Below, in pieces: positions 45,268-53,310 of a stretch of DNA of 57,405 bases; position 1 is the first letter of the stretch, and the number at the start of each line of letters is the position of its first letter. Source of the stretch: a virus (taxonomy: Duplodnaviria > Caudoviricetes); the IMG/VR virus record IMGVR_UViG_3300044609_000868, positions 1 to 57,405 of that record, one strand, 5' to 3'. The notes beneath the pieces are model-generated. The model was not told the origin of the DNA, ran no database searches, and worked only from the letters and a program-made list of their open reading frames with translations. The position numbers and the translations under genes are program-made.

Positions 45268-46635
45268 ATGCTTCGACCCCGTCAACAAAAAGCGATTCAG
45301 GATGTCCGGCAGGCTTATCGGGCCGGCTACAGGGCGCCGCTCCTTTGCGCAGCAACCGGTTTCGGCAAAACCCACACCGCTGCCGAAATCATCAAATCAG
45401 CCGTTGAACGCGGCAACGATGTCTGGTTCCTCGCTCACCTGCGCGAGATCCTCGACGACACCGCCCGCCGTCTGGACAGCGCCGGCATCGAGCACGGCTT
45501 TGTCATGGCCGGCATGCCACGCAATCCGTTCAAGCCGGTGCAGGTGGTCTCCGTTCAAACGGCCGTTCGCCGGCCTGTCGTGCGCAAGCCCGGGCTCATC
45601 ATCATTGATGAGTGCCACCTAGCCGTGGCTGAGACGTACCAAAAGGTGCTCGATGCAGCTGGTCGCCCGCCGGTGCTCGGTCTTACTGGCACGCCCTGTC
45701 GCCTTGATGGCCGCGGCCTTGGCGAGCTCTTCGACACCATCATCCCCACCTGCTCCACCGGTGATCTCATCGCCGAGGGGCTTCTCGCTCCCGTCCGCTA
45801 TTACGCCCCGACCAAGCCAGACTTAACCGGCATCCGCTCCCAAGCGGGTGACTTCGCCCTCAACCAGCTGGCCGAGGCCGTCGACAAGCCCTCCATTATT
45901 GGTGACGCCGTTGCTCACTACCGCAAATACGCCCACGGTCGCCGCGCAGTCGCCTTCTGCGTCAACATCAAGCACGCAGAACACACAGCTGCTGCCTTTG
46001 CTCAGGCCGGCTACCGCGCTGTCGCAATCTCCGGCAAGTCGACCCGCGAAGAGCGGCAAACCGCGCTAACCGGGCTCCGCCAGGGCACCATCGACATCGT
46101 GTGCAACTGCGCGCTATGGGTCGCCGGTGTCGACTGCCCCGAGATCGGCTGCGTCATCCTGCTCAGGCCGACCAAGAGCCTGACGATGTACCTGCAGTCC
46201 GTTGGCCGCGGCCTGCGCACCGCGCCGGGCAAGCCCGACCTCATCGTTCTCGATCACGCCTCTTGTGTGTTCACCCACGGCATGCCGCAGGATCCACGCG
46301 AGTGGACGCTCGATGCCAAGCCCAAGAAATCAAGCAAGGCCCCAGCTGTCACCGAGTGCCCCAGCTGCTACGCCTGCCACCCGCCGGCGCCGGTCTGCCC
46401 TTGCTGCGGCCATGAGTACCGCCGCGAAACGGTGGCACGTGGCCCTGAGCAGGTGGACGGCGAGCTGGTGGAGCTTGATGCCGAAACACTCCGCCGCGAA
46501 CAGCGCCGCGAACAAGGCAAGGCGCAAACGCTCGAGGAGCTCATTGAGATCGGGCGGCGGCGCGGAATGAAAAGTCCCCACGGGTGGGCAAAGCATGTGC
46601 TGGCCGCCCGGCAACGCAAGCAGAGGGCAGCATGA
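45268..46635 (+). CDS. SF2 DEAD/DEAH-box helicase with C-terminal Zn finger
   Basis: 'LRPRQ', 'ATGFGKT', 'IDECH', 'LTGTP', 'QSVGRGLR', CxxC...CxxC. Confidence 0.93.
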   Translation: MLRPRQQKAIQDVRQAYRAGYRAPLLCAATGFGKTHTAAEIIKSAVERGNDVWFLAHLREILDDTARRLDSAGIEHGFVMAGMPRNPFKPVQVVSVQTAVRRPVVRKPGLIIIDECHLAVAETYQKVLDAAGRPPVLGLTGTPCRLDGRGLGELFDTIIPTCSTGDLIAEGLLAPVRYYAPTKPDLTGIRSQAGDFALNQLAEAVDKPSIIGDAVAHYRKYAHGRRAVAFCVNIKHAEHTAAAFAQAGYRAVAISGKSTREERQTALTGLRQGTIDIVCNCALWVAGVDCPEIGCVILLRPTKSLTMYLQSVGRGLRTAPGKPDLIVLDHASCVFTHGMPQDPREWTLDAKPKKSSKAPAVTECPSCYACHPPAPVCPCCGHEYRRETVARGPEQVDGELVELDAETLRREQRREQGKAQTLEELIEIGRRRGMKSPHGWAKHVLAARQRKQRAA

Positions 46636-46868
46636 CCATCGGCGATCCCAACCTCACCGAGCGCGACTGGCATACGCATCCGGGCCAAGCGCATTTCGCT
46701 GACCCGTCCATCGGCGCCACCTGTAAGCAGTGCGAGTTTCTGACACCTCGCCCCTACGTGCAGATCAAGCGCTTCTACTGCGCCAAGGCCAAGGCCATGG
46801 CCGGCAACTGGCTCAAGCCGATCCCTCAGAACGCCATCGCCTGCAAGTATTTCTCGCGGCGCTCATGA
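46632..46868 (+). CDS. Small Cys-rich protein
   Basis: 'PGQAHFA...TCKQC...C.K...ACKYF'; ATGA coupling. Confidence 0.6.
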   Translation: MTIGDPNLTERDWHTHPGQAHFADPSIGATCKQCEFLTPRPYVQIKRFYCAKAKAMAGNWLKPIPQNAIACKYFSRRS

Positions 46869-46893
46869 TGGACCCAGCGCCCTGCCCCGAGAC

Positions 46894-47265
46894 GTGTCCA
46901 ACCAGGAAACCGAAGTCCAGCAGCGAATCCGCCTCGCAGTTGGCACTCTTCCCGGTTTCCGCGTCTGGCGAAACAATTCCGGCAAGCTCCCCGACCCTCG
47001 CACCGGCAGGTGGGTGCAATTCGGGGTCGCATCACCAGGGGGGTCGGATCTCATCGGCTACAGGTCCATCACCATCACGCCCGACATGGTCGGACGCACC
47101 GTCGCCGTCTTCACAGCCATTGAAGTCAAGACGGCCACTGGCCGAGCCACGCCAGAGCAGCGTCGCTTCATCGATCACATCCGCACCGCCGGCGGAATCT
47201 CTGCCATCGTCCGCACCACAGCTGAAGCGCTGCGAATCGCAACAGAGCCCTTCCGAGGTGTCTGA
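46894..47265 (+). CDS. VRR-NUC domain nuclease
   Basis: 'RNNSG', 'GGSDLIG', 'AIEVKT..GR...EQ..F'. Confidence 0.88.
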   Translation: MSNQETEVQQRIRLAVGTLPGFRVWRNNSGKLPDPRTGRWVQFGVASPGGSDLIGYRSITITPDMVGRTVAVFTAIEVKTATGRATPEQRRFIDHIRTAGGISAIVRTTAEALRIATEPFRGV

Positions 47266-47343
47266 CGAACTGCAACGCTTCTTCCGCAAACTCGTCGAGT
47301 GGTTCCCGGAGCCGACCGACGAGGAGATGCTCCGCTGTCGCCA

Positions 47344-48111
47344 ATGACTGCTATGCTTCGACCGTTCACACACAGTGACAAGACTGTGACAATCAGACCG
47401 ATTGAGACCCGCTACGCCGGGCATCGCTTCAGGTCGAGGCTCGAGGCTCGCTGGGCGGTGCTGCTCGACAGGCTCAACATCCGTTGGCTTTACGAGCATC
47501 AAGGCTTTGAAACACCTCTTGGCCCCTACCTGCCCGACTTTTGGCTACCGGAGCTCAACACGTTCCTGGAGGTAAAGCCGGGCATCTGGAGCTCGGATGA
47601 GGCCTACAAACTCGAGCAGCTCATAAGGGCCCAGAAGGCTTATGGCGCCTTCGGACTTCCGTTTGACAGCGACCAGATTGTTTCCAGCCTTTATCCAGTT
47701 GACGAAAACTTTGAGCGCCTGCACCCATGGCCAGCCGCTCTGCCTCGGCCCGCGTCTTGGGATTCGTTTCCATTACCAAAAGCCGCATCGATCGGGTGGG
47801 ACAACATTTGTTGTCCTGCTTGCGGTGAAGATAACGTCCATTTCAAGCCGCCTCAATACCTGACTGGCGACTATCCACACCGCCACGTTCGAGATCGCGG
47901 GCCTATTACAGCAATTCCCATGTGGAGCGAGAACTGCGACCACCAATGGGAGCTGGTGATCGCCTTCCATAAGGGTTCAACGTCGATGCAGTTTTGCCTA
48001 CCTCACGATCGCAACACATCGCCGCTTGAGCTAGCCCTTGAGGGACCTGGTGGTGCCGCTGCTGTCGCGGCCGCACGCACAGCCCGCTTTGAACACGGCG
48101 AAACCCCATGA
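47344..48111 (+). CDS. PD-(D/E)XK-like nuclease with inserted Cys/His module
   Basis: 'FRSRLEARWA', 'YLPDFWL', 'LEVKP', end 'ARFEHG'; alternative GTG start at 47386. Confidence 0.75.
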   Translation: MTAMLRPFTHSDKTVTIRPIETRYAGHRFRSRLEARWAVLLDRLNIRWLYEHQGFETPLGPYLPDFWLPELNTFLEVKPGIWSSDEAYKLEQLIRAQKAYGAFGLPFDSDQIVSSLYPVDENFERLHPWPAALPRPASWDSFPLPKAASIGWDNICCPACGEDNVHFKPPQYLTGDYPHRHVRDRGPITAIPMWSENCDHQWELVIAFHKGSTSMQFCLPHDRNTSPLELALEGPGGAAAVAAARTARFEHGETP

Positions 48112-48263
48112 CCACCCCCAACCACCAGCGCCTCGTAGCGCTCGTTCGCGCCGATCAAAAGGCCTGGCTCCAGTCCAAAGTCACACCGCTTAGTTCGCTT
48201 GCAGACGTGGTCCGCGAAATCATCGATCAAGCCATTGAAAATGACATCCGCAAACAATCCTGA
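48108..48263 (+). CDS. Small ribbon-helix-helix-like protein (51 aa)
   Basis: Translated by hand: 'RLVALVRADQKAWL...SLADVVREIIDQAI'; ATGA coupling. Confidence 0.6.
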   Translation: MTTPNHQRLVALVRADQKAWLQSKVTPLSSLADVVREIIDQAIENDIRKQS

Positions 48264-50883
48264 TTTTGACGCCGCACGCCAGTTCCTAGCTGCGCTCGGC
48301 AAACCCAAGGGCGCTATCCGCTTGCGTGGCTTCTACGCGAAGACCGATCCACGCAAGGCCGACGACAAAGGTCGAAAAGGCGCCCCCACTAAATCCCTAA
48401 TGGAAGAATGGGTCGCGGATCGTCGCGGCGTCTATGTCGTGATCAACAACGGCGGCGACAACGACGCCGACATCACTGAGTGCATTGCGTTTTTCATCGA
48501 GTGGGACGACAGACCCAAGGACTGGCAGGTCACCGCTTGGCGTGAATACGGCCTCCCCGAACCAAGTCTTCAGGTCGACACCGGCGGTAAGTCGATCCAT
48601 AACTATTGGATCCTTTCTGAGCCCGTGGACGCGGTGCGCTGGAGAGCTGTTCAAACGCGGCTGATTGATTACACCAAAAGCGACGCACAGCTGAAAAATC
48701 CTTCGCGGGTCATGCGCTTGCCCGGCATGCCAAACGCCGCGACCGGGGTGCCCGTAGCAATCATCCATCAAACAGAGGAGCGCTACACCGTTGACCAGAT
48801 TGAGGCTTGCATCCCTGAACCAGATCCGGTCTTGGCGGCATCGCCAGACCCCCGCATCGAACGAGCCCGGTCCTTCACCGATTACGAAGCCCAAGGGCTC
48901 GACGAGATCCAGAAGGCCCTCTCCTGCATCCCGCCTCGGGTGCCAGGTAGTGGCACCTACCCGATGTACCGCAACATCCTCTGGGGTCTGATGAAGGCCT
49001 GCGAGGAGGCCGGCAGCTCAGAGCAAACCGCCATCTTGATGATGGCCGGCCACTCCCCGCAGTGGGGCGGTATCGATCAGGTGGCTCGATCAGGTGGCGC
49101 AGAAGTCACTGCTGGCACCTTCTGGTACTGGGCGAAGGAACACGGCTACCGGGCGCCACGGCGGATCATGCCTGGGCCGCCAGAGCTGCGCAGCTTGCCT
49201 ACCGCATCCGTCAGGCAAGTCGAGCCTGAGCCAGTCGTGGAGCCGGATGTCGAGGACGACACTCCTGCGGTTTCCCTACCATTTCGCCCCCTTGGCTTCG
49301 ACCACGGCATCTACTACTACCTGCCCGCAGCTGCCTGTCAGGTCGTCGCCCTCACCGCTGCCCAGCACAACAAGAGCCACTTTCTGACACTTGCTCCCCT
49401 CGAATGGTGGGCAAACGGCTTCGGTAATGAGCGCGGTCGCATCGACTGGGATTCAGCCGTCAACGCCATCCTCGGCTCCTGCATCTCGCAGGGCGTCTAC
49501 GACCCATCCCGGGTGCGTGGCCGCGGCGCCTGGGCTGATGCCTCCCGCGTCATCCTGCATCTCGGCAATCGCCTCGTGATCAACGGGCGCTCGCACCCGA
49601 TCACCAAGCTGCCTCGCGACTTCGACAGCTACTACTTCTACGAAAACGCCAAGGCGATTGACGGCCCCGGCGGCGAGATCCTCTCCGACGACCTTTGCGC
49701 CCGGGTGCGCCTGATCGCTGAGCGCTTCCGCTGGGAGACGCCCGCCTCCGCCAACTTGCTGCTCGGCTGGATCGTGCTGGCGCCGGTCTGCGGCTCCCTC
49801 GACTGGCGGCCGCATATCTGGGTCACCGGTGGTGCCGGCACGGGCAAGACCACCATCCTCAAATCCTTTATGAAGCCGCTCCTCGGAGGCATGTTCGAGG
49901 GCGCGACTGGCGGCACCACCGAGGCCGGCTTGCGCGGTCAGCTGCGCTCCGACGCCATCCCCGTCGTGTTCGACGAGCTGGAGCAGAACGAGCACAAGGA
50001 CAAGCAAACCGTTCAAAACATCCTCGCCCTTGCCCGCATCGCATCGTCCGAGGGCGGAAAAATTTACAAGGGCACAACATCTGGCGGGTCCAACTCCTTT
50101 GAAATCCGCTCAATGTTCTGCTGCTCGTCGATCAATGTTGCCCTGATTCAACGCGCTGACCTCGATCGTTTTTGCGTCCTAAGCCTGCGCAAGGATCACA
50201 TGGACAAGGACGACTGGAACGAATTTGAGCAGGAAATCTTGAGCGCCTGCACTGAAGAAAACGGCCGGCGTCTTGTCGCCCGCACGCTCCAGCAGATCCC
50301 GACGATTCGCAAGAACGCCAAGACCCTTGCAGCTGCTTTGTCTCGGCGCTTCGGGCAGCGTTTCGGTGATCAGTACGGCACGCTGCTGGCTGGCGCCTGG
50401 ACGCTAGAGCCCGGCGGGGGTGGCGAGCTGTCGCTTCAGCAGGCCATCGAGTGGATCAACATGATGGACTGGGAAAGCCGGGAGGTTGATGCCGCTGACG
50501 CCGATGAGGTCAAGTGCATCAACCACATCCTGCAGACCCTGATCCAGGTGGATGGTGGCAAGCGCATGTCGGTGCTGGAGCTTGTCCAGATGGCTCAGCG
50601 CGGCGTGATCTTCGCCATCCCCGGCCGTGACCACCCCTCAGACGAGATCGAGACGATCCTCGGCCGCTACGGCCTCAAAGTGACCGGTGGGCTGCTGGCG
50701 GTCGCCAACAACAGCACCAACCTGCAGGGCTTGCTCAAGGACACCCCATGGGCCGGCAATGCCTATCGGCAGGCTCTGAGGCGGCTCACCGGTGCCACGA
50801 CCAGTAACAACACGATGCGATTCAAGGGCAGCGGCGTTGCACGTGCAACGTTGGTCCCACTTGAGACGCTTGAGACTCTGTAA
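48241..50883 (+). CDS. Primase-helicase (RepB/AEP-like primase, PriCT-2-like region, P-loop domain)
   Basis: 'FFIEWDD', 'VDTGGKSIHNYW', 'NPSRVMRLPG', 'GTFWYWAKEHG', Walker A 'GGAGTGKT', 'VFDELE'. Confidence 0.9.
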   Translation: MTSANNPDFDAARQFLAALGKPKGAIRLRGFYAKTDPRKADDKGRKGAPTKSLMEEWVADRRGVYVVINNGGDNDADITECIAFFIEWDDRPKDWQVTAWREYGLPEPSLQVDTGGKSIHNYWILSEPVDAVRWRAVQTRLIDYTKSDAQLKNPSRVMRLPGMPNAATGVPVAIIHQTEERYTVDQIEACIPEPDPVLAASPDPRIERARSFTDYEAQGLDEIQKALSCIPPRVPGSGTYPMYRNILWGLMKACEEAGSSEQTAILMMAGHSPQWGGIDQVARSGGAEVTAGTFWYWAKEHGYRAPRRIMPGPPELRSLPTASVRQVEPEPVVEPDVEDDTPAVSLPFRPLGFDHGIYYYLPAAACQVVALTAAQHNKSHFLTLAPLEWWANGFGNERGRIDWDSAVNAILGSCISQGVYDPSRVRGRGAWADASRVILHLGNRLVINGRSHPITKLPRDFDSYYFYENAKAIDGPGGEILSDDLCARVRLIAERFRWETPASANLLLGWIVLAPVCGSLDWRPHIWVTGGAGTGKTTILKSFMKPLLGGMFEGATGGTTEAGLRGQLRSDAIPVVFDELEQNEHKDKQTVQNILALARIASSEGGKIYKGTTSGGSNSFEIRSMFCCSSINVALIQRADLDRFCVLSLRKDHMDKDDWNEFEQEILSACTEENGRRLVARTLQQIPTIRKNAKTLAAALSRRFGQRFGDQYGTLLAGAWTLEPGGGGELSLQQAIEWINMMDWESREVDAADADEVKCINHILQTLIQVDGGKRMSVLELVQMAQRGVIFAIPGRDHPSDEIETILGRYGLKVTGGLLAVANNSTNLQGLLKDTPWAGNAYRQALRRLTGATTSNNTMRFKGSGVARATLVPLETLETL

Positions 50884-51133
50884 CGGTTTGGGGCTTCCTG
50901 AAACGGTGGGTGTTACAGCGAGATCCCTTGCGGCGCAACGGATGTAACGTTTGAAACGCTTGTAACGCTTTTTCCCGGGAAAGCCCCATAGAGATATATG
51001 GCCCCAGAGACCCCCTTACCCCCTACTACTACTATCTCTATTTATAGAAATAGTTGTTACAACGTTACAACCCAGTCCCTGCAAGGGGTTTGGCTGTAAC
51101 GGTGACCGTTACAAGACCGTTACAGCGTTACAA
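50879..51133. repeat. Putative replication origin: about 9-10 TGTAAC/GTTACA iterons around an AT-rich core
   Basis: Copies near 50879, 50911, 50943, 50961, 51055, 51063, 51095, 51107, 51118 and 51126; core with CTATTT-ATAG-AAATAG. Confidence 0.75.
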
Positions 51134-51137
51134 GACC

Positions 51138-51347
51138 ATGCCGACCACTCCCGACCACCACCGCCTCGCCCTATCCCCCACCAGATGGCCCTCCCTGCCC
51201 CGTGGAGCGGCCGTGAAGGTCTACATGGGCTCTCGGTGGGCCTCAGGCACCTGGCAGGGCTTCCAGGGCGATCGTGGGGCTATCTGGCTGGGCAGGGAGC
51301 AGCGACTGGTGCTTTGCGGGGATGCGCGCAATGTCAGAACGGCCTAG
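51138..51347 (+). CDS. Hypothetical protein
   Basis: MPTTPDHH...'VKVYMGSRWASG...DARNV'. Confidence 0.5.
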   Translation: MPTTPDHHRLALSPTRWPSLPRGAAVKVYMGSRWASGTWQGFQGDRGAIWLGREQRLVLCGDARNVRTA

Positions 51348-51410
51348 AGTGCTCCTGAGATGGATCACCGACCCCTGCGGCATGGCGGGGGTTTTCTGTA
51401 GGAGGCGCCA

Positions 51411-52193
51411 GTGGCTGGCCGCACGATCACCTTCGATGCCGATGACCTGATCTCGAACCTGACATCGCTCGAGCGGGTCCAGATGCCGTTTGTGGCTTCT
51501 TGGGCGCTGAACCAGCTGGCGCCAAAGATCCGCAAGCTGCACCAGAGCGAGATGGCGCGGGACTTCAACAACCCGGTGCCGTTCACGGTCAACAGCCCGC
51601 GGTGGGGCGCCAGCGGTTACCAGCCTTGGGTCCGGTCGACGAAGCAGAACCTTGAGATGGGGTTCTGGATTTCGGAGGACGGCGCAAAGGGTCAGGACCC
51701 AGCGCGTTACCTGTTCCCGCAGGTGCAAGAGTCTGGCCGCGGCCGCAAGCCGATCTACGTCACCCGGTTCAGCAAGGCGCTGCGGCGCAAAGGTGTGCTG
51801 GAAGGTGTCGAATATGCGTTGCCGATTCGCGAGAGCAGCGCCGCTCGGCGGAACAGCTACGGCAACATTTCGCCGGGGCAATACACGCAGGTTTTGTATT
51901 CAATCGGTGCGATGACAGATTTCACCGACCGTCGCTACGGGCAAGCAAAGAAGGCGCCGTCAAGAGAGTATTTTGTCGTGCCCAGCTCTGCACCCGTCAG
52001 CGGCCGCCGGAGCACGCTGACGCCTGGTATTTATCGGCGCAAGAGTAACAATATCGCGATGTTGTTCAAGTTCCTGCCTGAGGCGCCAGATGTGACGCCG
52101 AAGTATGACTTCTATGGCAACACGATTGAGTGGGCAGAGGATTACTTCCCTGAGCTGGTGGAGAAGAAACTGCGCGAGGTGATGGGAGGCTGA
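51411..52193 (+). CDS. Conserved phage protein (neck/morphogenesis-like)
   Basis: 'QMPFVASWALNQLA', 'FNNPVPFT', 'NSYGNIS', 'GIYRR'; strong GGAGG RBS. Confidence 0.7.
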   Translation: MAGRTITFDADDLISNLTSLERVQMPFVASWALNQLAPKIRKLHQSEMARDFNNPVPFTVNSPRWGASGYQPWVRSTKQNLEMGFWISEDGAKGQDPARYLFPQVQESGRGRKPIYVTRFSKALRRKGVLEGVEYALPIRESSAARRNSYGNISPGQYTQVLYSIGAMTDFTDRRYGQAKKAPSREYFVVPSSAPVSGRRSTLTPGIYRRKSNNIAMLFKFLPEAPDVTPKYDFYGNTIEWAEDYFPELVEKKLREVMGG

Positions 52194-52257
52194 GCGGCCT
52201 ACTGTTTCGGTTTGTAACGATGCGAGGATTTTGGGGTGGGCGGCGGCCTACTGTTTC
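52194..52257 (+). repeat. 15-bp direct repeat GCGGCCTACTGTTTC (52194-52208, 52243-52257)
   Basis: Exact match; each copy contains a TACTGT -10-like hexamer. Confidence 0.8.
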
Positions 52258-52287
52258 ATCGGACAAGCGCCACTTATCACCTGAACC

Positions 52288-52488
52288 ATGGCCACCACCT
52301 ACATCACTCGAGCAGCTCGGGTGCGGATCATCGACAGCATGCTTGATGCCATGCTCGAGGTCGGCGACATCACCGACAAGCAGATCGCCGAGACCGAGGC
52401 GTGGCTCGCCGGCCTGAGCAACAGCGAGCTCCGGCGTGAGTGCGACGATCGTTGCCCCGAAGAGTGGAGCCGTTTGGTATGCGACTAA
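52288..52488 (+). CDS. Small acidic protein (tandem paralogue 1)
   Basis: Similar pattern to the next ORF. Confidence 0.6.
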   Translation: MATTYITRAARVRIIDSMLDAMLEVGDITDKQIAETEAWLAGLSNSELRRECDDRCPEEWSRLVCD

Positions 52489-52655
52489 AAGCACTCACCG
52501 AAGACCAGCGCATCAACATCGTGGCGGCCCTGGTGAAGCGCAGGCACATCGTTGAAGACCAGATGCTGCAGGCTCGTGACGACCTGATGGAGGCGAGCGA
52601 CGAAGACCTGCACGAGGTCTGCGAGGAGCTCGCACCGGAGGCGTGGCCGACTTGA
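52479..52655 (+). CDS. Small acidic protein (tandem paralogue 2)
   Basis: 'T...R..I...L...L...S..L...C....PE.W' shared with the previous ORF. Confidence 0.6.
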   Translation: MRLKALTEDQRINIVAALVKRRHIVEDQMLQARDDLMEASDEDLHEVCEELAPEAWPT

Positions 52656-52833
52656 GGGGACCCGCGGCATGCCGGCTTTTAGGGACTCGCAGGGGGTCGG
52701 CTTTTAAAGGGGGTATTTAGAAATGTTTTTACACACACAAATCGAACCTTTTCAAAGCTCGTTTGCCGCCGTAGTCATATAAGGCTGCGGCGCATTACTA
52801 TAGTGTAGTGCTGCAAAAAAAAACAGATAGACC

Positions 52834-52915
52834 CGTACATATGTACTACAGTAGTACAAATGTACTATAGTGCTGATGTACTAGAGTACATGCGTACTAT
52901 TGGTACTGATGTACC
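52834..52915. promoter_or_regulatory. Array of five GTAC-N4-GTAC sites resembling cyanobacterial LexA boxes
   Basis: CGTACATATGTACT, AGTACAAATGTACT, AGTGCTGATGTACT, AGTACATGCGTACT and GGTACTGATGTACC at 52834, 52853, 52869, 52885 and 52902. Confidence 0.75.
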
Positions 52916-52933
52916 AATGCGGCCATGCCGCTG

Positions 52934-52955
52934 CCGTTATGGGTTGCCATAACGG
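52934..52955. repeat. Perfect 9-bp inverted repeat CCGTTATGG-GTTG-CCATAACGG
   Basis: Read directly; 18 bp downstream of the GTAC array. Confidence 0.75.
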
Positions 52956-53310
52956 TATTGTTGTGGGCAGTTAGCTACTCAAACTGTTGCTACCAAAGCT
53001 ACAAAAAAACAGCGCGGCCGGTTTGAGATGCGCAGCGCGGCTACGGTGCGGGACCGTTAGCGCAACCCTGCGCAGCGTTTGCTACTGCTACTGTTCGCCG
53101 CTGTTTGTGATGCAAACTGCGCGGTGCGGCTGGCGGCCGGTGTGCGGTGCGCCCCATGCAGGGCGACCTGTGCGCACGGTGCCTGGGGTGCATGTGCCGG
53201 CAGCAACCGGGCCGCCCGGATATCTGGCACAGCCGCCCAGGAGATGGGTTGCCTAGTGGCGGGGGCGCTACCTATAAAGGGCGGGTATCACTCTTTATCT
53301 GTTACCTGCC

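Noticed and set aside
50879-52915. CRISPR-like array in the iteron or GTAC repeat regions
   Set aside because: Repeat units are 6-14 bp with no spacer-sized unique intervals, and no cas genes are present.
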